Assembly (NCBI GenBank): GCA_016182875.1
Contig: JACPFQ010000001.1
Coordinates: 20-64,019 of the forward strand
Direction of reading: 5' to 3'
DNA: 64,000 nucleotides
Source of the DNA: Candidatus Doudnabacteria bacterium
GTDB lineage: Bacteria; Patescibacteriota; Doudnabacteria; UBA920; O2-02-FULL-48-8
Shown: positions 1 to 9,405 of the stretch, piece after piece
How the letters are laid out: each line of letters begins with the position of its first letter
Numbering within the stretch: the stretch's first letter is position 1
The notes under the pieces: model-generated
Database searches by the model: none
What the model was told of the DNA's origin: nothing
The model's input: the letters and a program-made list of their open reading frames with translations, nothing else
Made by a program: the position numbers and the translations under genes

Positions 1-92
1 TGCAGGGTTATTTTACCCTGAAGTGGTGCACTCTGACCTGAATGCAGTGTTTTGGTTATTGTCTTGACCTTTTTGGGTTTATACTGTAATAT

Positions 93-482
93 GTGCTGTC
101 CTGTAAGATGTCGCTTACAGGATATGGGAATGGGAGAGACGACATGAGAGTTTACTTGAGTGAGACCACTCCGACGTCAGGGCTTATCTCGATGCAGGAT
201 GCTGTGAATACGTCTCCTGCCGCGCGAGCCGTCCTGGCCGTGCTTCATTATTACCAGAAGCACGGCATGATCAGGGAGTGGTACACGCGCAACCACAAGC
301 CCCTCCCTCCGTGGGAGCTCCGGCGGATCATGGAGAGAACCGCATCTTGGACTCCCGAGGAAGTGACTCGAGTCCTCGCTGCGCGCGGCGGAATACCCCA
401 CGACCCTCCTGGTCCATGGGAAGAGCTCAACACTGCGATGCGCCAGGCGCTCGCGAACCAGTTAGACCGCGAGCAGCGCTAG
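93..482 (+). CDS. hypothetical protein, G+C-rich module 1 (probable start ATG 144 after GGGAGAG)
   Basis: ORF track; visibly G+C-rich versus host; Shine-Dalgarno-like GGGAGAG before the ATG at 144; no motif I recognise. Confidence 0.45.
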   Translation: MLSCKMSLTGYGNGRDDMRVYLSETTPTSGLISMQDAVNTSPAARAVLAVLHYYQKHGMIREWYTRNHKPLPPWELRRIMERTASWTPEEVTRVLAARGGIPHDPPGPWEELNTAMRQALANQLDREQR

Positions 483-517
483 TCAGACAAACCCAACCTT
501 CGGTCCAGCCGTCGGTT

Positions 518-553
518 GGTCGGTCGGCCCCAGCTGACCGTTTTTTCTTTTCT
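518..553 (+). terminator. putative rho-independent terminator of module 1 ORF
   Basis: short GC hairpin (cggtc...gaccg) followed by a TTTTTTCTTTT run. Confidence 0.35.
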
Positions 554-684
554 AGGTTTATAACTTAGAACGACAAAAATAATCTGGCCGGCTACCCTAT
601 TTGCCTGTCTCGGTAGGGGAGTCACAAGGCGGCCATTGAATAGGAAACAGTTACACAATAAAGAACAGAGAAATAAAAAAAACA

Positions 685-815
685 TTCGCAAAGATTTTAC
701 GACAGCGTAGGGAATATAGCACCAGCCGTGTCGTAACAATCTTTGCAATCTTTTGCGACACAGCATAAGAATCAGCAATAGTATACGTCGCAAAAGATAT
801 ATTGCGCGACTAGTT
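685..815. repeat. AT-rich cluster of nested inverted repeats (TTCGCAAAGATTTTACGACA / TGTCGTAACAATCTTTGCA; ATCTTTTGCGACA / GTCGCAAAAGAT)
   Basis: reverse-complementary arms read directly in the sequence; lies between two G+C-rich ORFs. Confidence 0.6.
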
Positions 816-889
816 CAATATCTCGATTTAGGCCTGTTTTGTCTATCCTCCCCGCCTAGCCATGCCACTATCGGACAGATATTTACGCT

Positions 890-898
890 TGGTATAAT
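890..898 (+). promoter_or_regulatory. candidate extended -10 element TGGTATAAT
   Basis: TGnTATAAT match about 140 nt upstream of the ORF starting at 1039. Confidence 0.25.
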
Positions 899-1038
899 CT
901 TTTTTCCAGTTTTTTTATAACCACTCCCCTCTGAGCATTAATCAGATGATCGTGGAACTGTTTTTCTTTCCTTTCGTCTGATATACTTCTCCTAAATGCC
1001 CTGTTCTATTTTGAAGGGCACCAGCAGGAGGTCACATC

Positions 1039-1860
1039 ATGGCATTAGCGGCTGCCGCTACGTCAACTCCGGTGCCAGCAACGATACTCGTGGTCGGCTT
1101 TAACGTTGATGAAGCCCTCGAAGCCCACTATCGCGGCAAGGTCTTGTTTCAGGAAGAACCGCATAGCTTGATGACTCCGCAGGCAATTCCGGTCGGAATT
1201 GAGGAAATCTGGCTGCGCAGCGGAGCAGGTGACTCGCACCAGCAGCGACTCGGCAACTTGGCGGATGCCGTGAAGGCCAAGTTCGACGGAACTGTGAGCT
1301 CATTGCCAGCTCTCCGCGACCGGTTGGAGACAAGGTTCCCTCCGCCGCCGGCACCACCCAAACCGCCCAGTCCGGAACTTCAAAGAATCCGCGCCGTGGC
1401 CACCAAGCCGGGCACGGTTGCAGACTGGGTTCGCCAGCACATGAGCTATCCCTGCGAACCAGGTCCTGAGTCAAAGCGGCTCCGTCAAATGGCTCGTGAC
1501 CGCTCATACGACGCCACTGAGGGCGCCATTTATCAGGCCGTTCTGAGCATCCTTGATCGCGCTGGGCTTAGAGAAAACACCCGAGAGGCCGGTTCGAATA
1601 ACGAGGTTCACAGCATTTTGACTGAGATCCAGTCATTGATTGCTTCAGAGACCGACCGGCACAACACGCTCATCGGTTCCCTGCGGTCGCTTCAGATGCA
1701 GGTTAAAGCATTTGAAGCCAACAGCGCGGTAATCGAAAGCCTCAGAACCGAAAATGCCGGTCTCAGGCGAGACCTCACGGCCGTAGAGGATCAAGGCAAG
1801 GCCACCCAGAGGCTGCTCGATGACATCCGAATCGACTTTTTTATTTGTTATATTTTCTGA
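1039..1860 (+). CDS. hypothetical protein, G+C-rich module 2 (Pro-rich linker PPPPAPPKPPSP, C-terminal coiled-coil-like region)
   Basis: ORF track; AGGAGG 8 nt upstream of the ATG; G+C-rich; its 3' end overlaps the iscS 3' end convergently by about 20 nt. Confidence 0.5.
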   Translation: MALAAAATSTPVPATILVVGFNVDEALEAHYRGKVLFQEEPHSLMTPQAIPVGIEEIWLRSGAGDSHQQRLGNLADAVKAKFDGTVSSLPALRDRLETRFPPPPAPPKPPSPELQRIRAVATKPGTVADWVRQHMSYPCEPGPESKRLRQMARDRSYDATEGAIYQAVLSILDRAGLRENTREAGSNNEVHSILTEIQSLIASETDRHNTLIGSLRSLQMQVKAFEANSAVIESLRTENAGLRRDLTAVEDQGKATQRLLDDIRIDFFICYIF

Positions 1861-3031
1861 GTTTGTTTATAATTTCCGGAAATTTTTTTATAACGATGTC
1901 AATTTCCTGCTTGGTAGTTGCTTGGCCTAGTGTGAATCGGACTGTTGAGACTGTTTTGCTGGCAGCTTTACCTAGCGCTTTTATGACGTGAGATGGCTCA
2001 GATGAGCCAGACACACAGGCGGACCCGGTAGAAACCGCAAATCCGGCCAAATCCATGGCGGTTATGAGAGAGTCCTGGTCGATATCGCTGATCGTTATGC
2101 TTAGATTTTCCGGATTGCGCGACTCCCCTATGGGTCCATTTAATTCTACTCCGGGGATATTTTTTATTTGGTCCCAAAGTTCATCGCGGAGATTTCTGAT
2201 TTTTTTCGCTGATTTTTCCCGCTCTTCCAAAGACCCCAGAAGCTCCAGGGCCTTGGCCATGCCAATGATGCCTGCCGTATTTTGGGTTCCCGGCCGCATG
2301 TCATACTCCTGAGCGCCTCCTGACATCAGGTTGTCAATTTTGGTTCCGGTTTTGATGTACAAGGTGCCGATGCCTTTTGGTCCGTATAGTTTGTGAGCGG
2401 AAAGTGTCAGGAGGTCGCATCCGAGCTTTTCGACGTTGCAGTTATAGAATTTGGCGGCCTGAACGGCATCAGTGTGAAAAGCAATCTTATGGGAAGTTGA
2501 TAGACGAGAGTTGATAGATGATAGATGCTTGCCTATTTCCCGAACCGGCAGCACTGAGCCGATTTCGTTGGAGACGAAAATACATGAAACTAGAACGGTA
2601 TTATCTTTAATTTCTTTGATTATTTGGTCCGCTGAGATTTGCCCGTCAGGTGTCGGTTTGATAAAAGTCGCCTCGATCACTCCCCTTTTTTCCATTTCTT
2701 TTACGACGTTGTATACAGAATGATGCTCCAGTTCGGTTGTAATCACATGCGGCTTCATTCCCCATTCGAAAATCGCCTTGCTGACGATTCCCTTTATGGC
2801 GTGATTGTTGGCTTCGGTGGCCCCGGAGGTAAAAATAATTTCCTGCGGCTTGGCGTTGAGAAATTTGGCCACTGCCGCGCGCCCAAAGTCGATCTCAGCC
2901 CGCGCCTGCTGGCCTTCGCGGTGAACCGAGCTTGGGTTGCCGAAGTACTTTAATTCAAAATCACGCATCGCTTTGGATACGCGCTTATCAAGTGGTGTGG
3001 TCGCGGCATGGTCAAAGTAAATCCGGTTCAT
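1841..3031 (-). CDS. iscS: cysteine desulfurase, IscS/NifS family (class V aminotransferase)
   Basis: motifs HAATTP, SGATEANN, SAHKLYGPKGIG (PLP-lysine region) and C-terminal GSACxSG. Confidence 0.85.
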   Translation of the reverse strand: MNRIYFDHAATTPLDKRVSKAMRDFELKYFGNPSSVHREGQQARAEIDFGRAAVAKFLNAKPQEIIFTSGATEANNHAIKGIVSKAIFEWGMKPHVITTELEHHSVYNVVKEMEKRGVIEATFIKPTPDGQISADQIIKEIKDNTVLVSCIFVSNEIGSVLPVREIGKHLSSINSRLSTSHKIAFHTDAVQAAKFYNCNVEKLGCDLLTLSAHKLYGPKGIGTLYIKTGTKIDNLMSGGAQEYDMRPGTQNTAGIIGMAKALELLGSLEEREKSAKKIRNLRDELWDQIKNIPGVELNGPIGESRNPENLSITISDIDQDSLITAMDLAGFAVSTGSACVSGSSEPSHVIKALGKAASKTVSTVRFTLGQATTKQEIDIVIKKFPEIINKLRKYNK

Positions 3032-3035
3032 GGTA

Positions 3036-3404
3036 TTAACGCGAGGACTTCCGGAAGCCGGCGGCCTGGGCTTCGGCTTCGGTATTGAAGCATATTTCAG
3101 GGTTGGTGCGGCTATAAAACGAGCCGCCAGGCATGTGATAAATTTTGCCGGACGAGCTGATGTTGCCTTTTATTTTTCCGCTGCAGTCGTTTTCGCCGGC
3201 GGGGGCGCTTTCAACTTGAATTCCCGCGACATTTCCGCTATAATTAGCTGGAGCGCTGAACGCTTCCTCAATTTTAATTTCCGGTGCCTCGTATTTAAAA
3301 GCGGTGACTCTTCCTAGCATAAAAGCCAAACTGGACACCAAAATATAACCTGCTAACAAAACGATTTTCTGTTGGTGGGTTTTTATTAGCTCTCTGCTAT
3401 TCAT
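3036..3404 (-). CDS. small membrane-anchored protein with a Cys-containing C-terminal domain (GKIYHMPGG...CFNTEAEAQAAGFRKS)
   Basis: N-terminal TM helix; C-terminal motif common in small CPR proteins. Confidence 0.4.
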   Translation of the reverse strand: MNSRELIKTHQQKIVLLAGYILVSSLAFMLGRVTAFKYEAPEIKIEEAFSAPANYSGNVAGIQVESAPAGENDCSGKIKGNISSSGKIYHMPGGSFYSRTNPEICFNTEAEAQAAGFRKSSR

Positions 3405-4742
3405 ATGCGCTACGCCTTCATTCTCGGCCGGGTTTACACCCTCTCTCTGGCCGAACTTTTACAAAAACTTGGTAATTTGGGGATTAACTATAAGGTTTTG
3501 GCCTGCGCGCCGGAAGTGGTCGTGCTCGAAACGGACCAGCCAATCCAAGCGGATAAGCTTCAGCCGCAGCTTGGCGGCATTATTAAAATTATACGACTTC
3601 TCGACACTTTTCAAAAGAAGGGCAAGGAATACCCTTCCAACGCGCTGATTAACTATTTCAATTTCAAGCGAATCAAATCAGACTATTTCGGCGAATACAG
3701 CGGCAAAAGGCAGTTCGGAGTGTCCATCTATTCGCTGGATCCAGCAATCCGGTTCCGTGAAGAGAGCAGCCGAATCGCCTTTTTAATCAAAAAAATCCTC
3801 CAGGAACAGTCAGTCAGCGTCCGGGCAGTATTGCCGCAGTTTCCTTCCATGGCGCTTTCGTCCGTGCAGGTCAACGAAAATCAGCTTCTCACCAAAGGCG
3901 CTGAGATCGTGGTTGTTTCGGGGACCCAAAGAGTGTTTGTGGGCAAGACTCTGACTGTCCAGAACTACGAGGATTATGGCAGAAGAGATTATCAGAGGCC
4001 GGCGCGGGATGAAAAAGTCGGCATGATTCCCCCCAAGGTCGCCCAGAGTATGATTAACATGGCCGGCAATCTTAAGCCGCTTGATTATATCTTGGACCCG
4101 TTCTGCGGCTCGGGAACCATCCTGCAGGAAGCTTTGCTTCTCGGCCTTCGCGCTATTGGTTCGGACCTGGAGGAAAAAATGATTCACAACAGCGAAAAAA
4201 ACTTGGAGTGGTTCCGCAACCGCTATCATGTGGCACCCGGCAGGTACAAGCTATTTGTCTCCGATGCCGCGGAAATTTCCCTCCAGCTCCCCCGCTTTCC
4301 TATTTCCGCGATTGTGACCGAAGGCACGCTCGGGCCGATATACGGCAAGGTTCCCAAAAAATCCGAAATGAAAGCCAATTTCAAGATGTTAAATAAGCTG
4401 TACACTCAAGTCTTTGCCGAATTTAAGAAATTTTTGCCCGAAGGCCACAGGGTGGTCATGTGCCTGCCGGCCTACAAGGCCAGCTTCACTGACTACGAAT
4501 ACATGGACACCGTTGACTTTGCGCTCAGCAACGGCTATACTGTTCTGGATTCGATTCCTCCCGAACTGGTCAAAAAATACAAGTTTCTCAAAGTCACTGA
4601 ACGCAAATCAATAGTTTACGACCGCAAGGATCAGGTGGTAGCCAGGGAGATCATTATCTTTCAATACGGTGAAGAGCGTTTGGAGTTAAGCGGTAACGAA
4701 GCCGGTATCGTTGAGAGTCAAACGTCAGACGTAACCGAATGA
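3405..4742 (+). CDS. class I SAM-dependent methyltransferase (putative RNA/DNA N-methyltransferase)
   Basis: motif I LDPFCGSGTILQEA; long N-terminal domain of unknown type. Confidence 0.5.
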   Translation: MRYAFILGRVYTLSLAELLQKLGNLGINYKVLACAPEVVVLETDQPIQADKLQPQLGGIIKIIRLLDTFQKKGKEYPSNALINYFNFKRIKSDYFGEYSGKRQFGVSIYSLDPAIRFREESSRIAFLIKKILQEQSVSVRAVLPQFPSMALSSVQVNENQLLTKGAEIVVVSGTQRVFVGKTLTVQNYEDYGRRDYQRPARDEKVGMIPPKVAQSMINMAGNLKPLDYILDPFCGSGTILQEALLLGLRAIGSDLEEKMIHNSEKNLEWFRNRYHVAPGRYKLFVSDAAEISLQLPRFPISAIVTEGTLGPIYGKVPKKSEMKANFKMLNKLYTQVFAEFKKFLPEGHRVVMCLPAYKASFTDYEYMDTVDFALSNGYTVLDSIPPELVKKYKFLKVTERKSIVYDRKDQVVAREIIIFQYGEERLELSGNEAGIVESQTSDVTE

Positions 4743-4778
4743 CGATACGGGCATCGTAACCTTTAAACTAATAACTAT

Positions 4779-5057
4779 ATGGCACATAAAAAGGCCGGAG
4801 GCAGTACAGCACTAGGGCGAGATTCCCAAGCGCAAAGGCTTGGCGTCAAGCTGTTTGGCGGCCAGATTGCCAAAACCGGCAATATCTTAATCCGCCAGCG
4901 CGGCACCAAATGGCATCCAGGCAAGAATGTCAAAAGGGCCGGGGACGATTCACTCTACGCCATGGCCAATGGCGTCGTGAAGTTTACCCAAAAGAAAGTC
5001 CGCGGCTTCGACGGCAGTCTTCGCCTGCGAAAGTTCATCCACGTAATCACTAAATAA
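4779..5057 (+). CDS. rpmA: 50S ribosomal protein L27
   Basis: [24 protein letters not shown]... canonical L27 N-terminus. Confidence 0.92.
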   Translation: MAHKKAGGSTALGRDSQAQRLGVKLFGGQIAKTGNILIRQRGTKWHPGKNVKRAGDDSLYAMANGVVKFTQKKVRGFDGSLRLRKFIHVITK

Positions 5058-5065
5058 ATTGCTAA

Positions 5066-5100
5066 TCAAAAAAACCCCCTGGCCAGGCGGGCTTTTTTAT
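5066..5100. terminator. bidirectional hairpin plus T-run between convergent rpmA and the 5097..5843 ORF
   Basis: ccccctggccaggcggg followed by cttttttatt. Confidence 0.4.
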
Positions 5101-5843
5101 TTGCCAAACCTTCCTCTGGTGAGTGTATTGGCTTCTTCCCAAAATCTTTTCACTGCCTCCAGATCGTTTTCGCGAACAATCCGTTCTCTATCGGCATTGT
5201 ATCTGGCAACCAAATCATTGAACGCCCTAACTTTTTCAGGATTCGAGTCCTTGATCAGAGCGTCGGTCTTACTTGGGTCATAATGACGGGTTCTAATGTA
5301 CTCTTCGTAAGTCGGTAAATCATGCAGTTTGGTCAGGGGTAATTCAGGGTTCGTTATCATAAGTCCTAAAGTGTTCCATGCGTTGTATGAGTCTCCATCC
5401 AACCCAAGCTCTGGATGCACGAACCCACCACCACGCAGCCCTTCCGGCTCCTTCATTGCCGTTTTGCGACTTCTTACCACCTCTTCGGCCTCGGTACAAA
5501 TTCTCCTGATAGTTTCAAAATCCTTCTCTCTGATCAGCCGATCCTTGTTGGCATTGAACTCCGCGACCAACGCATTGAACTTGGCTTTTTTTACCGGGTC
5601 GGTGTTCCTGATTAGCTCTTCGGCATATTCCGGATTTTGGGCGTTTGCTTGTCTTGTATATTCCTCGTAACTTGGAAGTTCCTTTTGGGCCAACTCGATA
5701 AAAACAGCAAACATATCTGGGTCCTCGATAAGTTTGGCAGAAGCAGCAATAGCTGCCCAAACATTCAAACAATCAATAGTTATCCCCGTTTCGGGATTAA
5801 TGTAGTTACCGCCAGCTGTTATATCTCTTGGTTCATTATCCAT
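5097..5843 (-). CDS. hypothetical protein with two tandem internal repeats of about 110 aa
   Basis: repeat EEYTRQANAQNPEYAEELIRNTDPVKKAKFNALVAEFNANKDRL versus YEEYIRTRHYDPSKTDALIKDSNPEKVRAFNDLVARYNADRERI. Confidence 0.45.
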   Translation of the reverse strand: MDNEPRDITAGGNYINPETGITIDCLNVWAAIAASAKLIEDPDMFAVFIELAQKELPSYEEYTRQANAQNPEYAEELIRNTDPVKKAKFNALVAEFNANKDRLIREKDFETIRRICTEAEEVVRSRKTAMKEPEGLRGGGFVHPELGLDGDSYNAWNTLGLMITNPELPLTKLHDLPTYEEYIRTRHYDPSKTDALIKDSNPEKVRAFNDLVARYNADRERIVRENDLEAVKRFWEEANTLTRGRFGK

Positions 5844-5934
5844 GTGCGGATTATAGCATAACTAAAAGCTTATCCTTTGCCTAAAATATGCAAAAGTGCT
5901 TTAATAATCCTAAGCATTAAAAATTATATCAACT

Positions 5935-7065
5935 ATGAAGCGATTTTTGTTTCTGGTTCCTGTTCTTCTTTTGGCAACCAATACCGTGCTAGCTGCCGAG
6001 TTTCTGGTGCCGGCGAAAGATGGCGATCCCAATGTCAGCACCTCGGCTCAAGAAACCATCAGAAATCTTTATGCGGCAGGCGCTACAGTGAATATTAATG
6101 GCAATAGCCAAGGCGATTTGTTTGCGGCTGGCGGCGTGGTTACGGTTAACGGGAATGTCGAAGATGATTTATTTGCCGCAGGCGGCAATATAAATATAAA
6201 CGGCGTTGTCGGCGGCAATTTGCGTACTGCCGGCGGGAATATTTCTATTTCCTCCCCTGTAGGCCAAGATCTTTTGGCTGCAGGCGGCAACATCGCCGTC
6301 ACATCTAAGGCAGCGGTCAACGCCGACCTGGTTGTGGCCGGAGGCAATGTAGTGGTTGATTCCGAAATCAAAGGCAAGGCCAAAGTTACCGGCGGCAATA
6401 TCACAATCAACGGCAAGATTAACGGCAATCTGGAAGTGATTGCGGATGAGGGACTAACCTTTGGCCCAACGAGCGAGGTGGTTGGCAAAGTGACATACAA
6501 AGGGCGAAAGCAGGCTGTAGTGAAGGAGGGCGCCAGGATTGGCCAGATTGAGTTTACTGAACTTAAAAAGCGCGGTAGCGCGGGCGTTGCGGGCCTTGCT
6601 CCGTTCCTTTTGGTGAAAATTTTGGCGACCTTTGCAGCCGGCTGGCTGACGGTGTACTTCCTGCGCAGGCGCGCGCAGATAATCACAGACCGAATTTACA
6701 GACAGCCGTGGCAGATGCTGGGCTTGGGCTTGGCTGGCTTGGTTCTGACGCCCGTCGTTGTGGCAGTCTTGTTCGCAACCGTAATCGGATACTATGTTGC
6801 CCTTGTGCTCATGGCTTGGTACTTCTTTATGCTTCTTCTCTCCTGCCTGGCTTCCGTAATATTCACGGGCGCCTGGGTTATTAAACTGGCTAAGAAATAT
6901 CCAACACTGCCGCTTACGTGGTTATCTGTCCTTGTGGGCGTACTGGTCGTTGCCATTCTCTGGTTTGTTCCAGTCATCGGTTGGGCGGCTATTCTGGTTT
7001 TGTTCCTGCTCGGCTTTGGTTCGGTCCTGCGGCACACGTACGACCAAATCCTGGAAAGCAGATAG
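5935..7065 (+). CDS. secreted beta-helical repeat protein (bactofilin/DUF4097-like AAGGNIxINGxV repeats) with a C-terminal multi-TM anchor
   Basis: signal peptide MKRFLFLVPVLLLATNTVLAAEF; more than 8 GG(N/V)-type repeats; 4 C-terminal TM helices. Confidence 0.5.
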   Translation: MKRFLFLVPVLLLATNTVLAAEFLVPAKDGDPNVSTSAQETIRNLYAAGATVNINGNSQGDLFAAGGVVTVNGNVEDDLFAAGGNININGVVGGNLRTAGGNISISSPVGQDLLAAGGNIAVTSKAAVNADLVVAGGNVVVDSEIKGKAKVTGGNITINGKINGNLEVIADEGLTFGPTSEVVGKVTYKGRKQAVVKEGARIGQIEFTELKKRGSAGVAGLAPFLLVKILATFAAGWLTVYFLRRRAQIITDRIYRQPWQMLGLGLAGLVLTPVVVAVLFATVIGYYVALVLMAWYFFMLLLSCLASVIFTGAWVIKLAKKYPTLPLTWLSVLVGVLVVAILWFVPVIGWAAILVLFLLGFGSVLRHTYDQILESR

Positions 7066-7104
7066 GTAATGTGATATATTTGGGCAAACCGAAAGGAGTG
7101 CCCA

Positions 7105-7176
7105 ATGCCGCTGGACGCAAGCACGCCTGCGGCCGTGCTCGACGGCATTCAGCAGCCGATTTGGCTGGATGCATGA
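7105..7176 (+). CDS. tiny G+C-rich ORF (23 aa) with AAAGGAG Shine-Dalgarno, first ORF of module 3
   Basis: ATG preceded by AAAGGAG; ends 15 nt before the next Shine-Dalgarno and ATG. Confidence 0.25.
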   Translation: MPLDASTPAAVLDGIQQPIWLDA

Positions 7177-7193
7177 TAGGGAGGGCATCAGAA

Positions 7194-7502
7194 ATGAGAG
7201 CCAACTTGAACGTCGCAAAAAAGGAAGTCACGATATACTTTGAGATGCTGGAGGGCAGCCGTGCCTCCTGTTTCTACTGCAAGCACCCTGGGGCGCCGTC
7301 CCGAAGTATTCAGATCAACCGAATGCTCGTCAGCGGTGCCGAGGTTGAGCGCGCCGAGGCGTTGTACAAGAGAGCCGCCGGCAAACTGCGCCATCTCGTC
7401 CACTCCGGCCGCCCGGTATGCGAGAGGCTTCAGTGCGAGGACGCTTGGCATCGCGATCTCATGGAGACGGATGAGGCCGCCATCGACCTGTATGCCGCCT
7501 AA
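7194..7502 (+). CDS. hypothetical protein, G+C-rich module 3 (102 aa, Cys-rich CFYCKH...CERLQCED)
   Basis: GGGAGGG Shine-Dalgarno before the ATG; visibly G+C-rich; terminator follows. Confidence 0.45.
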   Translation: MRANLNVAKKEVTIYFEMLEGSRASCFYCKHPGAPSRSIQINRMLVSGAEVERAEALYKRAAGKLRHLVHSGRPVCERLQCEDAWHRDLMETDEAAIDLYAA

Positions 7503-7503
7503 G

Positions 7504-7541
7504 TCCGCGGATTGCCCGTCAGCTCCGCGGTTATTTTTTTG
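7504..7541 (+). terminator. rho-independent terminator (CCGCGGA...TCCGCGG plus T8)
   Basis: inverted repeat followed by TTATTTTTTT. Confidence 0.5.
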
Positions 7542-7602
7542 GAGGATCCGCCGTCAACAGAAAGGGTGCTCTATGGGATAACGTAAGAAATAATTAATAC
7601 CA

Positions 7603-7636
7603 CGTTTTGGCCGTACGGCAATTTCATGATATAGTT
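7603..7636. repeat. operator-like palindrome TTTTGG-GCCGTACGGC-AATTT followed by GATATAGT (-10-like)
   Basis: 10-bp perfect palindrome; paralogous arrangement at 46139. Confidence 0.6.
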
Positions 7637-7670
7637 ATTTTGTTCTGTCAGAGTTGCACAGTTAACTTTA

Positions 7671-8200
7671 TGAAACGAAAGACAAAAAAGAAAATCAAGG
7701 CGTTGGGCAAATCGTTTGTGCTTGATCTTTTATTGATTGTGAAAGACTTGGCTGAGCTTTGGCCAGAGCCTTTCGAAAGCCCATATGCTTACCAGCGGCG
7801 GATTTCTAGCACCTATCCCCGATTTTCTCCCCAAAGGGTTAGTCGAAACTTATATTATTTGAAGAAACAAGGACTTATTGAGAAAAAGAAAGTGCGCAGC
7901 CGGTTTGTATATCAGTTGACGCTAAGCGGAAAACAAAAGCTTTTGATGTCGAAGATCAGTTTCAATAAGACTAATCCTAAAGATGGCACATCGTGCGTTA
8001 TTATCTATGATATTCCTAATGAAAAATACAAACATCGTAAGCTTTTGAGACGCTTTCTAATTAAAAACGGTTTTATGAACATTCAAAAGAGCGTGCTGAT
8101 AGGGCCGCAGTTTTTACCCAAGGAATTCCTTGAGCTTTTACATGAACTGGGTTTAAGACGAAATGTGACTATAATCAAGGGCAAGCTTTTATACTCCTAG
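7671..8200 (+). CDS. PaaX-like wHTH transcriptional regulator with Cas2-fold C-terminal domain (paralog 1)
   Basis: MKRKTKKKIK... wHTH-like YQLTLSGKQKL; C-terminal VIIYDIPNEKYKHRKLLRRFLIKNGFMNIQKSVLIG resembles Cas2/PaaX_C; paralog at 46178. Confidence 0.55.
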
Positions 8201-8250
8201 CACTATACTATATTTCGGCCGTACGGCAATTTTGTAGTATAGTTTTTTTG
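8201..8250. repeat. palindromic element CTATACTA-TATTTCG-GCCGTACGGC-AATTTTG-TAGTATAG plus T-run (terminator and second operator copy)
   Basis: nearly identical copy at 36186-36225 in opposite orientation. Confidence 0.6.
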
Positions 8251-8322
8251 GCGCAAAAAAAGTTATATCTGAGTATAACCTAGATATAACAAAAACCGCC
8301 CTTAAAGCGATTTTTTGGCTAA

Positions 8323-9156
8323 TTAAACAGCGACTGGTTGTTTCTGTTTCAGTGAGTCTAATCCTTTTTTTTGGATTTGATATCGATTTTCGCTTTTAAT
8401 AAAGTAGCCCTTTTTGCCGAAACTCTCTGTCAACGCTGACACCGCGTTCGTACTTATTTTTTCGAGTAGTTGGGTGGATATATATTCAATTTCTGTTGAT
8501 GTTAATGATGTTATATTATTAAGATATGCATATGCCAGTATCCATATAATCTTCATACCTTTTGAAGGCTGGTTATGAAAGTCTCCCAGTTCGTCTGAGT
8601 TAGGACTGACTATAAGATTTTTTACCTCCTCTCTAACGATTTTAATATTTGTACCCCTGGCGTTAGTTACTCGTCGTCTTTTTCGAGGGCTTTCTTCAGT
8701 TTCTTCTTTGAAGGAATTTTCTACTGATTTCAGCCCAGATTCCGAAAGGGCGTAGTCATCTGAGCCTGAATCAAGTTCGAAAACATACCCTAGCTGAATA
8801 GCAGTCTTAAAGTCTCGCGATAAGTTCTTCGGGGCTGGCTCACCAGATTTTTCAAATAACCTTTTAATGTCAACTGGTTTGAAGGATTCTAAATTTTGAC
8901 AATTTCTTAGATAGACAGCAAAAGCTGTGATCTTCTGGGCATTGGTTTTAGCGTTAGAATCGATGATAACTTGGCGAGGTCCCGATGAACTCAAGACCAA
9001 GTTAGGTTCTGACATTGCTGTTGCTGAAAGGTCCGATTTTTCTAAAACTTGGCGCTGCTCAGCATTTAAAAAAGCAATTATATGTGCGGCCTTTAATAAG
9101 TTTGTGTTTGTTTTGAAGGACAGGTCATCACCTTCTATTGTGACAAGTACGTTCAT
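8323..9156 (-). CDS. hypothetical protein (277 aa) in an AT-rich accessory segment
   Basis: ORF track; no recognisable motifs; lower G+C than flanks. Confidence 0.45.
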   Translation of the reverse strand: MNVLVTIEGDDLSFKTNTNLLKAAHIIAFLNAEQRQVLEKSDLSATAMSEPNLVLSSSGPRQVIIDSNAKTNAQKITAFAVYLRNCQNLESFKPVDIKRLFEKSGEPAPKNLSRDFKTAIQLGYVFELDSGSDDYALSESGLKSVENSFKEETEESPRKRRRVTNARGTNIKIVREEVKNLIVSPNSDELGDFHNQPSKGMKIIWILAYAYLNNITSLTSTEIEYISTQLLEKISTNAVSALTESFGKKGYFIKSENRYQIQKKGLDSLKQKQPVAV

Positions 9157-9405
9157 ATTTTCTCTCTATAGCGGTATTGAAGATACCGGCATTAATAATA
9201 TGCTATTAGCCTAATACTGTATGTCATTTTAGTCAACCTATTAAGCTAATGGTATAAAATGGCTTATTTAAAGCCTTTTACATCGTAAGTATATTTTCAT
9301 TGTAAAAGTTATCCACATGACTATAGGCCTGCAGTCAAGCCAGATAGTAGCCAGAACCATAATTACCTAACAAAAAACCACCTTTGAGGCGATTAATGTT
9401 AGCGC

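Noticed and set aside
6069-6686. 205-aa minus-strand ORF (Pro/Thr/Ala-rich) antisense to the beta-helical repeat gene
   Set aside because: It is a frame artefact of the GGN-rich repeats; the plus-strand product has a signal peptide, coherent repeats and a TM anchor.
7607-7670. Upstream in-frame extension of the PaaX-like ORF (MAVRQFHDIVILFCQSC...)
   Set aside because: The extension overlaps the operator and -10 region, and the paralog starts at the equivalent MKR(R/K)TKK. The start was placed at 7671.
7671-8200. Calling the two 176-aa paralogs Cas2
   Set aside because: The C-terminal half resembles the Cas2/PaaX_C fold, but the N-terminal half is wHTH-like. There is no cas1 or array, and each gene is bracketed by palindromic operators. 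A PaaX-like regulator fits better.
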